A DNA stretch of 59,772 bases, counting the filler, from Dirinaria sp. TL-2023a (lineage: Eukaryota), in the NCBI GenBank assembly GCA_051941275.1. It is 7 parts of 7 records of this genome, joined end to end, with 100 filler letters (N's around TTAATTAATTAA, not from the genome) between each part and the next. Parts side by side here need not be neighbours in the genome. Positions count along the whole stretch, not along the records: positions 8,604 to 17,101 come from JAVEBF010001178.1; positions 17,202 to 25,665 come from JAVEBF010001179.1; 5 more parts are not named here. One strand, written 5' to 3'. A program made the translations under genes and the position numbers. The notes under the pieces were generated by a model. It did no database searches, was not told the DNA's origin, and saw nothing but the letters and a program-made list of their open reading frames with translations. The stretch's first letter is position 1. Every line of letters starts with the position of its first letter. This document shows positions 13,201 through 25,765 of the stretch, piece after piece.

Positions 13201-14253
13201 CTTGAGGTAGTAGTGATAATTACCCATGGTCCATAGCTGGACGCGATCGATAAAAGAGACAGCCAAGACGGAAGAGTCAATATTCCAGTTCAATGAGACG
13301 TCGGCAGCCCAGTCCTCCATATCTGCCTTGCTTAACCTTAAGGAGAACTGTCCGTGACGTAGGCCGTTTCTTTCGAAGAACACGACCTCGATATGGTCAG
13401 CATACCGCTGGATTGAAGCTATAAGGTTGCCAGCCGGCCTCCAGCTCAAGGCACCCGTAAGGCCATTGACCGGCTCGCTGACACTATCCAGTGCACCCTC
13501 TCTCGAATACACACGGATCACTCGCCGCTTGCCACTTTCAATGCTATTAATAGCCACATAAGCACCGTCGCCGCGCCAGCTAATGGTAGTGTTACCTGAG
13601 TCATGCTCGCTCAGGTCTCCTCCATCCACAGTCTCGGGCATTGTGGGATCGCGAAGGGCCTTTGCTCCCTTTCCTTTAAATTGCGTCTCGGACTTACCCC
13701 AGCCGACAGAGACATGTTTGGAAGCCTTGAGATCATCTGGAGTGAATTGAATGTTTGCAATATTTTCAAAGTCTCTGGTCATGTACAATAGAGTCTCAGC
13801 ATTGGTCGTGAGGGCAAGTAATTCGCCATCAGGGGACCAAGAGACAGCGGAGACGCCGACATCAACGGAACCGACAATTTCAATCTTATCTTCGTTTAAA
13901 ATCGAGCTCTCCCTAACCACAACAATATCTCCCCCAGCAAAAACGAGACATGCCGTTTCAATATCAGCAAAATAATGTAGATTTAGCACCTTGTCACATT
14001 CTAATTCCGGGAGTGGGCATGGTGCATCCCAGGATGCAATGATGTCTGTGAAGCCAGATGGTAAAATTTCTGTTCTTTCAGGATTTTCTTCCCTATTCGT
14101 CCGCCAACGCTTCAACTGAAGCAAGGCATCGTTTTGAGTAGGCCCGAAAGCACACAACAGTTGATCTTTGCCGACCGTCCATGTGGACGCAGTCAAGGAC
14201 AACGAATCCTCAACCCCTGTGAAGACACAATCAGCATTACGTAGATTGCGCAT
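10268..14253 (-). CDS. ELP1: Elongator complex subunit 1 (Iki3); 3 exons
   Basis: MRNLRN start, SVGWGKSETQFKG, ISWRGDG, FFERNGLRHGQF, NYHYYLKQ, LQMPRGNLETIYPR, QKDPREYLPFL, RARGKKGSVYEEEYL. Confidence 0.96.
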
Positions 14254-14713
14254 GTTCCGTGGTCTGGAAGTGTGCCGCTACGAATACAAGAATTGATATG
14301 GAATAAGATGCCTGCCTTAAAGTATTGTAGAGTTCATTATCTGATACTCAACCCTGTGCAAGCCCTAAATAGCTCTTGTTATTCCAAGAGACCTTACCCT
14401 AGGTACGTATCTTTAACTGTGTTGCGCAATGAGGCTTCATACTGATGCTGCCGATAGGATTTTCTAGGTACAGTTTAGCAGCACGCAGCGAGATCTGGAA
14501 GCATGTGTCTAGCCGTATAATCACAAGTTCTACGCAGAATAGCTGGATGGCGCAGGTGGCTCATTCGCACGAACGAGCGTAATGCCTTTTAATTCATTAT
14601 CGCTAATACTTTGTGTGTGCACGGAAAAATCTCTCCCAATGCCCCAAAGACCATTGGTTGCTCTCATGAGTGCTGATCCATGGCGATCTGATAATCCCCC
14701 AATTCCAACGCCA

Positions 14714-15061
14714 CTATTTGTTCTTCTTCGTTTGCCAAACTATGACGAGTGTTAGCCATCGGTGAGTCGACAAGACCAAGATTTCGACTGTACCGGCAAT
14801 CATGAAGGGCAAGCCAAAGAAGAAAGCTAAAATCCCCAATTAGCCAACTTCTCAGGAGTCCGGTGTGCGAAACCTACCCATTGTGCCCCAGTACCTCACC
14901 GGGAACCACTTTGTCAAAGGATTGAATGGAATGTTGCTCCGAGGACCTTCTGGATAGTGGTGTGGACTTGCACCTGTAAGGCGAGCTCGTGTGGTGTGGA
15001 GTCCGCGGCGGGCAATCATCGAAGACGCCGTTGAGGCTCGGAAGGCGGTGCGTGAGAGCAT
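14714..15061 (-). CDS. COX8: Cytochrome c oxidase subunit VIIc (Cox8); 3 exons
   Basis: Mitochondrial presequence followed by HYPEGPRSNIPF. Small spliced exons give AFFFGLPFMIA and VWQTKKNK-stop. Confidence 0.9.
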
Positions 15062-15461
15062 CTAGATCATTAATAAGCGACCACGTATATTTATTGATTC
15101 GAGAGCCCACGTTGATGATCGAGTTCGATAACGGCGGAGATGAGGTGAGAGATTGAGAGCTTGAGAGGCGTCGAAGAGGTCGATGATGTACGAGTACCGT
15201 AGCTTGGGAGCTTGGATGGGAGGATGGGCAGGCTTACCCTGATCGAGCCAAGCGGGGGCCGATTCCGAAGATCGGCCGAGGAATTCCAAACCTTCAAGTT
15301 ATGAATATCAAGTCGAGAATAATTTACATTTTGACTGCAGGTGATATAAAACAGGCAAAGACAAAAATTGAGTTGCTCAAAGGTCAATCAGTACAATTAC
15401 CGATCCTAATTACCTCAAGATCGTGTGCCAAGGTGCTTGTGCCTCTCAAGCGAAGGCCACA

Positions 15462-16484
15462 ATGGCCTGTAGACGCACATTCAACGCTTTCCCAACTCGA
15501 CTGACATCCAAACCATACTGTTCCTCCATTCTCTCGATTCCTCGCTCACGAACCCAACACACAACCTCGTCAACATCTGCTCTTGCCTACAAAGCCCTGC
15601 ACCGTCGAATATCACCATTGCCCACCCAAGAGCCGCTGCCATCATGGTCCGCTCCCGCCGCCGTATCCTCGATCCTCTACGAAACACCCCTGCCATCCAC
15701 CCTGCCTCCCAAACGGCATATCCTCAATTGCCTGGTGCAGAATGAACCGGGGGTACTTTCTCGTGTCTCCGGCATTCTCGCAGCTCGAGGTTTCAATATC
15801 GATTCCTTGGTTGTCTGCAACACGGAAGTCGAAGACCTCTCGCGCATGACCATCGTCCTCTCGGGCCAAGACGGCGTCGTGGAGCAGGCGCGACGGCAGC
15901 TCGAGGATCTGGTGCCCGTATGGGCAGTACTAGACTACACGGCCGCACCGCTGGTGCAGCGGGAGTTGCTGCTGGCCAAAATCTCGATTCTGGGGCCGGA
16001 GTATTTCGAGGAGGTGCTCGCCCATCACAGGGAGATGACGGCGGCGGATGCGTCGCGGCTAGAAGGGGTTGCGGAGCGGAGAGCGGAGGAGCGTGAGCAG
16101 AAAGGAAAGGATGATTACCATCCCAGCCGGCTGGCGGCAAGTCAGGCGCTCAGGCATAAACACGAGCATTTGGAGGCGATCACACATCTGACGCACCAGT
16201 TCGGAGGGAAGGTGCTGGATATCAGTACGAATAATTGTATTGTGGAGATGTGAGTTTAACGTGGATCTAAAAACAAAGCGATGTTGGCTGACTTCGAGGT
16301 CTGTAGCTCTGCGAAGCCGACCCGTGTCGATGCTTTCATGAAGCTGATATCGCCGTTTGGGATCCTTGAGTCGGCACGAACAGGTCTTATGGCATTGCCT
16401 CGGTCTCCATTGTACGGTGCGAACGACGAGATTCAGAAGGAAGCCGATGAACTCGTCGACGCGAGTTCGCTGCCTCCGGGTTAA
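15462..16484 (+). CDS. ILV6: Acetolactate synthase regulatory (small) subunit; intron about 16250-16306
   Basis: HILNCLVQNEPGVLSRVSGILAARGFNIDSLVV ACT domain, QRELLLAKI, ESARTGLMALPR, LPPG end. Confidence 0.96.
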
Positions 16485-17101
16485 AGACACGATGTAAAAT
16501 CGTCATTTTAAAAAAAAAAAGAAAAAAAAAAAAAGAAGCCTCCGCAGACGAATTTCCCAAGCCCAAGGTACGAGAATATTGACGGTGGTTCTACCTATAG
16601 CGGGTATAACGATGATCAAAAAGATCTTTTTCCTATCCGACTGGCAAATGTGTTCTTCGATCCGAGAAAATCGCACTCCCTCCCCAAAACCAACCCCTAG
16701 CCATCTCATGATCTAATGATCAAACTAGCCCCCGATTCATAATATTTTTCGAAAGTTACTGTTGGTTTAGCGTAGGTGGATAATTGATCTTGTACTAAAA
16801 AAAAACTTGGGCGACCTAGAGGCTACTCCTAGGTCCTGTATATAAAAGTTCAGAGCGATCCTAGAATATGTCCTGAAGAAGCCTGGAATAATGTTATCAG
16901 ACAACCCAAAAAAAAAACCCAGTCCTTTTCAGAAAGCGAACTGCAGAACTATGCGTTTCTCTCTCTCTCTCTCTTTTTTGTTTTTCAAACTGGCAACGCC
17001 TAGTATTCCATCTCCTTCGGCTTTATACTTTATATTAGCTCCATCACCCACCAAAAAATTTAAAACCAGTTCACAGTCAACTTAACAACCGCAAAAGCAA
17101 C

Positions 17102-17201
17102 NNNNNNNNNNNNNNNNNNNNNNNNNNNNNNNNNNNNNNNNNNNNTTAATTAATTAANNNNNNNNNNNNNNNNNNNNNNNNNNNNNNNNNNNNNNNNNNN
17201 N
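17102..17201. other. Artificial contig spacer
   Basis: N44-TTAATTAATTAA-N44. Confidence 0.99.
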
Positions 17202-17732
17202 GGAATTAACCATCATTAAATCGAGAAACCGTGAAAACTGTATTTATGTATACAGCGACTGAGATCCAGGAATTCAAAAAAGGATATCAATCAATTAATA
17301 GCTACTTCATGTACATATGTCACGTAGTCAGGTAGGGCAGGGGAGGAAGGGGCCATAGAGCCAAAAACATCACATCACCAGCAAATTCATGGGACTCTTA
17401 CAATTTTTTTTTTATTTATTTTTGTATTTTTCAAATTTTCATCTGGCTAAAAGTACACGATATTCTTTCGTATTGCCCGCTGCCATGATTTCATTGGCAG
17501 GGCAGGGCAAATCTTCCCATCGGCAATCTGGTAGTTAAAAAAGAAATAAAAAACAGAAAACAGACGCTTTTGGTACTTTTGGTTGCACGCATGCAATTCT
17601 CGAATCCCCTTTCTATCGTGTAAAAACGCCATCGCATTGTGAGTGGAAAAGATCGGAAAGCCGGTTTGACGGAATGTTGAGTGGTGCTGGTGGTGGTACA
17701 AATGGTCGGTGATTAAAAGAAGGAAGAAGAAA

Positions 17733-18270
17733 AAAATTCGCGTATCCATCCGGCTGAAAAAAATCTGACGAGTTCGAGATCGTAGCCACTATGCTGGAAG
17801 CCAGGTTGACGAGCGAGCACCGAGGGAGGTTTTAGCTGGAATGAGGTCGGCGAAGGTAATGGTGAAGAGGAATCGCGGTCCATCCGACTGAAAATCTGAC
17901 GAGCTTCGAGTCCGTAGCCACACGCTGGAGCCAGGCTGACGAGCGAGCATCGAGGGAGGTTTTGTCGAAATGGTTGTAGGCGGTGGGAGTGGTGCAGGTG
18001 AGGTTGAATTGAAGAAAAATCGCGTCCATCCGGCTGAATCTGACGAGCGTCGAGCTCAACGCCACGATGCCGAAGCCGGGCGAACGAGCGAGCACCAGGG
18101 AGGTTAGCTGGAATGGTGTAGGCGAGGTTGAATCGAAAAAAAGTCTCATCCATCCGACTAGGCATGTCGATGCATCAAGCCCGTAGCCACAATGCCGAAG
18201 CCAGGCACACGAGCGAACACCGAGGTTAGTTGGGATGGGGCAGAATCGAAATGAAGAAAATCGTCGACGT
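17733..18270. repeat. Degenerate tandem array of about 4 units of 115-145 bp downstream of RCC1
   Basis: Blocks recur in the same order: TCCATCCG(G/A)CT, ATCTGACGAG, GTAGCCAC, AGCC(A/G)GG, ACGAGCGA(G/A)CA, GAGGTT. Units start at about 17733, 17867, 18011 and 18135. Confidence 0.85.
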
Positions 18271-18329
18271 CGCCACTCTTGAGTATCCTCCTATCGTCCC
18301 CTTTACCTCCCCACGCGTCCCCGATTTCT

Positions 18330-20303
18330 CTAAGGAGCCACTGCATCAACGCTGGCAGCAGCACTGGGACCGGCGTCGGCATTGACGTCGGCATTGACGG
18401 TGGGACCAGCGCTGGCATCAACAGCGGTTGCAAAGCTGGCGTCGACGCTGGCATCCACGTTATCCACCATTACCTCATCCTCAGCAGGTCCTGCCAATAT
18501 CGAATATTGACCCCCAGCACCAGACCAAGTAAGTTTCTTGCCTCTCACGGCAGTGTTGGCGATGGTGGTTGGTGGCACAATATCATCAGTTGTACCCTGC
18601 CCGGTCTGGTAATTCTCACTGAATCCCCAACTTACGGGCTCATTGTTGCTATTGATGATGATGTTGTGGTCAGGCCCCGCTGCGGCCCATTTGGCACCTT
18701 GCAACTGAGCAATAGCAGTGGGCACGATGACGACGCCTTTATTGCCGCGCTCATCGAGGACGCAATCTGCTTCTGGGACCGTGGACATATCTAGGCCGAG
18801 CTGATGGGCCTCCACACCACCCCACACGAGAACAGAGCCGCTCCGAGTTAGGGCAACGGAGTGGTGAGTGCCACCGGTGACGAAGGTGACTGGATCGTTT
18901 GGCCGACGGAGGCCTTCAACTTCAGCGGGCACATATATTCTGGCCGCGCTGCCACCTGCTCCTTCTTCATGCCCTGTCTCTCCCATGCTATTAGACCCCC
19001 ACGACCAAACACGATCTTGTTCGTCGATGGCGAAGGAGTGGTTCGCGCCGGTGCCGACACATTGGAACCGCTTACGGCCCATTCGGAGAGGTTTTGGATT
19101 GACAGTGAGGTTTTTATGGCGATCGACGAGCCGATAGCCAAGTTCGTTTTGCTCCCCATTGCCCCAAACGAAGATTTGGCCTTTGTTGTTAAGTGCAAGG
19201 CAATGGTTTGATCCACAAGTGATGCGGGTAATATTGTTGAGTCTCTCAATCAAGACAGGCGTTCGTTGCACATCGCCACTGCCTTTGAAGCCAAGAACAC
19301 CGTCTCCACTCTAAATACAAGTTTAGCAAACGGCTGCAAGGTTATGAGTTTGTACATTACTCACCCTAAAGGTACCCCAGCCCCACACTTTACCTTCATC
19401 AGTGATAGCAAACGTGGCGCTATCGGCGGCGGCGACTCCGGTGAATATGGTATTAGATGGGAAACCTGACACGGCAGTTGGGGTAGCTTCATGCGGATTC
19501 AGACCGCTATCCTCATCGTCGGAGTCGCTGTCTTCTTTGTCGGCGTCCCTAAGACCGCCCGACCACTCAGTGTTTCGTCCAAGTGCGCCTTGGTCGTTAA
19601 CACCCCAAGTTAGGATCTTGTTGTCGTGTGTCAAGGCGGCAACGTGCATGCCACCACACGCAATTTGAACAACTCCAACATCTTTGGCTGAAAGAAGAGG
19701 GTTGAGACGAGGGCGTTTGACATCGATCACGTTCTTCGCGGTGCCGAGTCCAAGCTCACCGGCGGAACCCTCTCCAAACACGTACACATTGAGTTTCTGA
19801 GTAGGCGCGTGATTGATGACCACTTTGGGTTTTGGCGCCTTTGCAGGTTTGGTCACACGTGCCTGCTTTGTGTTGGGCTGCGCAGGCGCGTCATCGGTGG
19901 CCTTGCGTTTCTTGCTCGCAGTGGTAGAAGCTTCGGCACGCGGCTTCTTCGCTTGGCGTGATTCAGACTCTGACTCTGAATCTGACTCTGACTCGCTGGC
20001 CTTACGCTTTCCGCCCTTGGAGGCGGAGGCTTTCGGCGCTGGTTGGGTTTTCTGAGCTGTCTTTCCAGTGGTGATCTTGGTAGCCGGAGCCTTCTTTGCT
20101 GCTTTTGGGTTCTGGGCTGTCTTGGTATTGCTGGAAGAGGCTTTTGTGGCGGCTTTGGTCTTCTGGCTTGTCTTGTTGTTGCTATCTGAAGCCTTGTTTG
20201 TCGTCTTCACTTTCTGGACTCCTTTGGGCTTCGGTGGAGGGGGAGGTTGCGGCGCTGGTTGCGCCTTCGGAACCCGCTTCCCATTGAAACGGGTTTGGAC
20301 CAT
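18330..20303 (-). CDS. RCC1/Pim1/Srm1 Ran guanine nucleotide exchange factor; intron 19311-19364
   Basis: Lys-rich N-terminal tail, VYVFGEGSAGELGLG, CGGMHVAALT, TWGVNDQGALGR and RCC1 repeats through GAGGQYS. Confidence 0.93.
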
Positions 20304-20903
20304 GGTGAGATGTGATGATAGCTAAGGTTTGAAAATGGTGATGACAGTATCAAGATATTGTAAAAGCGGATGGTGGTGGTGGTTGTTGACGTTGTGGAAT
20401 TTGAAAGGTGGAATTTGAAAGGGAATGAGTTGAGTTGTTTCTGTTTACATTTTATTTTTTTGGATCGCGACTCGGTTAGTCGGTTCATGCGGCCCGAGAT
20501 AAGCGAGCCCACTTGTTGTTAGGCTGCCTTGGCTGCATTAGGCACTAGCGGCCGCATTCGGAGGGTTTTCCTGCCGCAGTGATGTAATATGCCCTTGCCT
20601 ATGGTCCACCTAAGCGAGCCAAAGTAAGGTAAGGTAGTTAAGGTAAGCGAGATAGCTTGCATTACTTTATGTTGTGCCTTATGCTTCAAACCGCTCAGTA
20701 ATGCAAGCAAAGTGCAAAGTTCAAGAGGAGTTATTCAATATCTACAGCTGTCGGCTCGTTTTCCTTGTTGTAGCTACATAGCTTTTAGGTGCATAGTCGC
20801 ACATGAGTGTCTAGCTAACATCCACAATTTTTCTATCCTTCCTCTAATTAAGTCCCACCAGCGTGGCTATTACCTTTCCTGATCTCTTGAATAAATCAGA
20901 AGT

Positions 20904-22041
20904 ATGAGTATACCTCGATTTGACCAGCTGCCCCTGAACAAGGGAGATCCCCCCTACTCGGCGTGGGGACTGTATGGCATGAAAGACCAGCTGGGAACAC
21001 TAAACAGGCTCACGGACGACATTGTCCTGAAGACAGCGAAGCAGGAGATCCAGACTGGCTACAGGATCTCCCTCAACTGGCCGCTTGACGCCCAGAACAA
21101 GCCCGGTTTTAACAGACAGCGATTCCATAAAGACATAATTCAGCACACTTCACGGACCGGGAATGACGACGTGTGGACCATGAATACACAGAGCAGCAGT
21201 CAGTGGGATGGTCTGCGGCATTTTGCGTACCAGAAAGAACAGAAATTCTACAACGGCGTAACCCTTGGACAAATACATGATGGAAGCAATGTGAACGGCA
21301 TTCATGGTCAGTAGTAGAGTAGATGTCAATTTACCTGGAATCTGTTGACATCACCAGCCTGGTCCGAGAGGGGCATTGTAGGCAGAGGAGTCTTACTGGA
21401 CTTTCACTCTTGGAGGTTGCGGAATAACCTAGACTATAACCCTTTCAAAAGAAGCACCATAACGCTCGAGCAATTAAAGGCTGTCGCTGCTGCCCAGGGA
21501 ACGGATATCAAATTTGGTGACATTTTGATTGTTCGATCCGGTGAGCCTCCCTAAGGAGCAGATGCTGTAGAGAACTAAAATGTCGGAGGCTACATCAACG
21601 CCTATAGCAATCTCTCTCAGGCTGAAGCTGAAGAGATAGCTTCAGTAGTACCACCGACTTTGGGTGGTGTCGAGGCAAGCGAGGACATGCTCGAGTGGAT
21701 CTGGAACAATTTTTCGGCTGTTGCCGGTGACCAACCAAGCTTCGAGTGCTGGCGTATGTGCCGAGACAGTTTAGTATCCAACCATCTGACAATTCGCACA
21801 GCACCGAGCCCTGATCTAGTTTTGCATGAGGTTCTCCTGAGCGGGTGGGGTTGCCCGATAGGGGAGATTTTCGATCTAGAGAAATTGGCTGCCCATTGCA
21901 AAGAAAATAACCGCTGGTCTTTTTTCGTGTCCAGTGAGGTGTGTAACGTCCCTGGAGGCGTTGCAAGGTGAGTCTGTATCTTGCGATGATTGTATAACAT
22001 GCTAACTCAATAGCCCACCGAATATCCTGGCAATATTCTGA
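20904..22041 (+). CDS. Putative cyclase / kynurenine formamidase-like metal hydrolase; multi-exon
   Basis: SAWGLYG...DQLGTLN, NTQSSSQWDGLRHF, GIVGRGVLLD, GDILIVRSG, LHEVLLSGWGCPIGEIFDLE, PGGVA|SPPNILAIF. Confidence 0.9.
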
Positions 22042-22127
22042 TCTGGGACGTAAAAATGAGCTAGAAGCAGGCAGGCAGATGATATTTATACAAAGAAGAT
22101 CTGGTATCCCCATTCATGCAGTCCACG

Positions 22128-22889
22128 CTATGAGTCAGACGATACTGTTTGCTGCAAAAATCGAGGGTCAGCATTCGAACGCCTCTCATAAGATAGCCAG
22201 GGAAGATTTACTACAAGCCAATCCATGCCTTCGTTGATACCTTTCCCATCAATAGCTGAGCATGCGATAATACTCCAATTTCGGTCCCGTAGTTCTCCTA
22301 GCCGCAAAGCTTCTGATATGTCGCCCGCACCTTTTGCTCCAGGCTGATCTTGTTTATTCGCAAATACCAATAACGCTGCATCTTTCAAATCTTCTTCGCC
22401 TAGCATTGCAGCCAGTTCGTCTGCAGCTGTATTCAGTCTTTCTATGTCCGTTGAATCAATAACAAATATTACAGCTGCTGTATTCGCGTAGTAACACCGC
22501 CAGTACGGTCTTATTGACGTTTGGCCACCCAGATCCTGCCCCAATTTAGCCATTGCCCCTCCATAAAGATGCCAGGGACGATACCCAGACGTTGAAATTG
22601 AGATTCTTGTAGGTCACGGACTCGACATTGAAGCCTATTGTAGGTATGGTGGTCACCACTTCACCGATCTGCAGTAACTTCTCAGCCATTTGATTATTGA
22701 CTATCGCGAAGTTCTCTCAAACCTTCAGCCTGTATAGGAGTGTTGTCTTTCCAGCATTATCCTATGTCCGTTCTCAGTAGACAGACAGACCATTTTCCGT
22801 GGCTAGCATACAAGGCCAAGGATCAGTATCCTTATCTCTTTCTTGGTCCATATCAATCCTGAAAGTATCCTGGAAATTGAACCTCCCAT
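22128..22889 (-). CDS. ARL1: ADP-ribosylation factor-like GTPase Arl1; multi-exon
   Basis: [69 protein letters not shown]. Confidence 0.96.
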
Positions 22890-23336
22890 ATCACCACACA
22901 GGTTGGTCCTTTCGAAGGAATTTTGGTCTTCACGTCACTATTCCACCGGTTGCCTTGCGAACTTGATGAGGGGCCCAAAGAAAAATCAAGGATTTTGAGG
23001 CGATGTGGGTAACAAACTTCTTTATTTCAGCTCGAATAAGAGGCGGTACTAGATGACGGTAATATTGTATGTCTGGAGCCCTTTCGTATGCGTTTGTATG
23101 GGATCTGTGTATTTTTTGAATCTCTTTTGATCCTCGTACCGGCTTAGCGTATCATCTCGGGAGATCGACGTCGATGCATACCTTAGACGCGCGGTAATGC
23201 CGCCGAGGCTCCATCTTGGGAATCATCTTCAGTAAGGTATCTCAGAAACATTGGTTGTTCTACGAGAACCGAATAGCCCAGAGAACACAGCAACCGGATA
23301 CCCAATATATTGTAGAATCCTTGTTCGTCCTCCATC

Positions 23337-25665
23337 ATGGTGGGAAAGAAGTCAGGAAGGGCACTTCTGCGGGAGGAAGGCATGCAAACGCTGAATATTG
23401 TAATCATTTTTGGCATTAGCTGATCGTCAGGCAGGCCTGGAGAGAACTGACAATAATATGGAGCAAACATCATGGCCTGTAGTCAACATGATCAACCAAA
23501 AAAACTATTATACGTAAGCTGCTTCTAAAGATGATCGGCTCTATAATGACCCCATTGGGTGCCGAGAGATCTTTCTACGGGCCTGTCGAGTGGGCCAAAT
23601 GGCTTTAAGCCTATGAGTAGACGCAACAGTACTGATTTAATATCATATACAGTGAATTTCTGAAACGAGATGACCAGATTCTACCTTTACGGCTTCAGCA
23701 GGAAGAAAGGCGGAACAGGATGACGACGAAAGCAAAAGATAGAGATCGAGAGATGGCGCAGAGCGGCGTCATCGATATCTCCATAGCTGACGCTGACATG
23801 GATGTTGATGATGATGTCGGCATGGATGACGGCATGGGTTCCGGTCAGGAGGCCCTAGGCTCGAAAGTCATCGTTATACATCCCGGCAGCCAAAACCTGC
23901 GCATTGGCCTGGCTAATGACCCTTTGCCCAAAACCATACCTATGGTTATTGCACGTAAATGGCCTACTAGCGAGTCAGAGGAGCACGACGGAGAACCTAA
24001 GCCAAAGCGACTAAAAAAGGATGATGGCTCAACGCTTGCTCCGGACAAGATGTTTGGCGAGGACGTTCGTGTATCCGAAGTCTTTATCTCAGAATGCTTG
24101 CTGATCGAGATGCAGTTTGGCCAACAATACACTAAAATGTCTGCAGACTTGAAAATCCACATGCGTACGACTAAACGCAAAGTACTCCCTAACTCCAAGG
24201 AGCTAGTGGTCAACTACAATAAGCGTACTCCGCCAGAGAAGATTTCCGAGCACAATGACCCCTTTAGGATTGACTGGACCGAATTGCCATTGGATCCGGA
24301 GAAGGCGCCGGATTACATTACTGGTAAAGAGGCGCTTCGGATACCTGACCACTCGAATCCACGCTATAAACTCTTCTGGCCGCTGCAGCAAGGCTGGTAC
24401 AACGAAAAGGAGTACGATCAAAAGCGGACTTTATTTGATGACGTTTCGGTAATCCTCGAGGAGGCTATCAAATATCATTTGAACCTACGACGTAAGAAAG
24501 ATTGGGCGCAGTACAGCTGTGTCTACATAATACCAGATCTTTACGAGAAGCAGTATGTCGTCCAAACGCTTGAAATGCTCATGCGGGACTTTGGCTTTGG
24601 CAGAGCCTGTTTCATTCAAGAGAGCCTCTCCGCAACCTTTGGCTCTGGAGTCACTCAGGCCTGTGTGGTGGACGTTGGAGCTCAGAAGACTTCCATATGC
24701 TGCGTGGAAGAGGGTATGTGCATCGAAAACTCGCGGATTAATCTCAAGTATGGCGGAGCGGATGTCACTGAGACGTTCACAAAAATGATGCTTTTCGATC
24801 ATTTCCCGTATCAGGAGATCAACCTCAACAGACGGTATGACTTTCTACTTGCCGAAGAGATCAAAACAAATTTTTGCCACTTGGAAGAGGACACCGTCGT
24901 CGTTTACCTATATGACTTCCACCTACGAGCGCCTGGGCAAGAGACTCGGAAATACTCCTTCAAGACGTATGATGAGCCTTTCCTTGCTGTCCAGGGCTTC
25001 TTCTACCCCTCAATATTCGACAACGCACCAAAACTGAAAGGTCGTCGAAAAATCGTTCCACCGTCAGTGGACCTCTATGATGGGTCATCCAACGATCCTG
25101 TGTCCTCGGCGCAATCTGCTGTTGTAGCCCGTATAAGTCCTCCGGTAGCTCCACCACCAGAGGCAAATGGCGAGGCCAGCTTGACCCCGGCTCGACAACC
25201 ATCAGGTATACCACCACGGCTCAATGAGCCCCCTGATCGCTCCTCTCCTGTAGCCGATTCTCCTGCGGGAGATGACGACGCTACACCAGCACCAGCAGCG
25301 GACGGAAATGCCAGCAGCACGCCGAATGTGCTAGCATCTTCGATCAGAGACGATGTTCTCCCAGCGATCGGCCTTGACGAAGCCGTAATGACTTCGATCG
25401 CACACGGCAGCCGTGGAGATGAACGCAAGATCAGGGACTTTATCGGTGGGATCATGTTGATCGGAGGCTGCTCACTCATCAAGGGGCTGGACGGTTATCT
25501 GGAAGAGCGGCTACGGCTGTCAAGACCGGGATATACGAAGGAGATCATGGTCGGTGGGAGGCCGAAAGACCTAGATCCTCAGGTTGTGGTGTGGAAAGGG
25601 GGCAGTATCTTTGGACGGTTGAGGGGTACAAACGATAGCTGGGTCGGGAGGATGGAATATGATCG
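23337..25665 (+). CDS. ARP8: Actin-related protein 8 (INO80 complex); spliced, truncated near C-terminus
   Basis: MVGKKSGRALLREE|GLERTDNN..INQKNYYT|EFLKRDDQ, VIHPGSQNLRIGLA, CVVDVGAQKTSICCVEEG, DPQVVVWKGGSIF. Confidence 0.93.
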
Positions 25666-25765
25666 NNNNNNNNNNNNNNNNNNNNNNNNNNNNNNNNNNN
25701 NNNNNNNNNTTAATTAATTAANNNNNNNNNNNNNNNNNNNNNNNNNNNNNNNNNNNNNNNNNNNN
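25666..25765. other. Artificial contig spacer
   Basis: N44-TTAATTAATTAA-N44. Confidence 0.99.

Noticed and set aside
15265..15275. Leu3/LeuB site upstream of ILV6 (CCGAAGATCGG)
   Set aside because: Spacing is CCG-N5-CGG rather than the CCG-N4-CGG consensus.
17765..18050. CTGACGAG motifs as hammerhead ribozyme cores, or the array as CRISPR
   Set aside because: No stem II followed by GAAA after the CUGANGA-like motifs. The units are diverged along their whole length with no repeat-spacer pattern, and the DNA is eukaryotic.
17713..18454. ORFs over the repeat array
   Set aside because: Similar peptide pieces hop between frames because of indels; no consistent coding frame.
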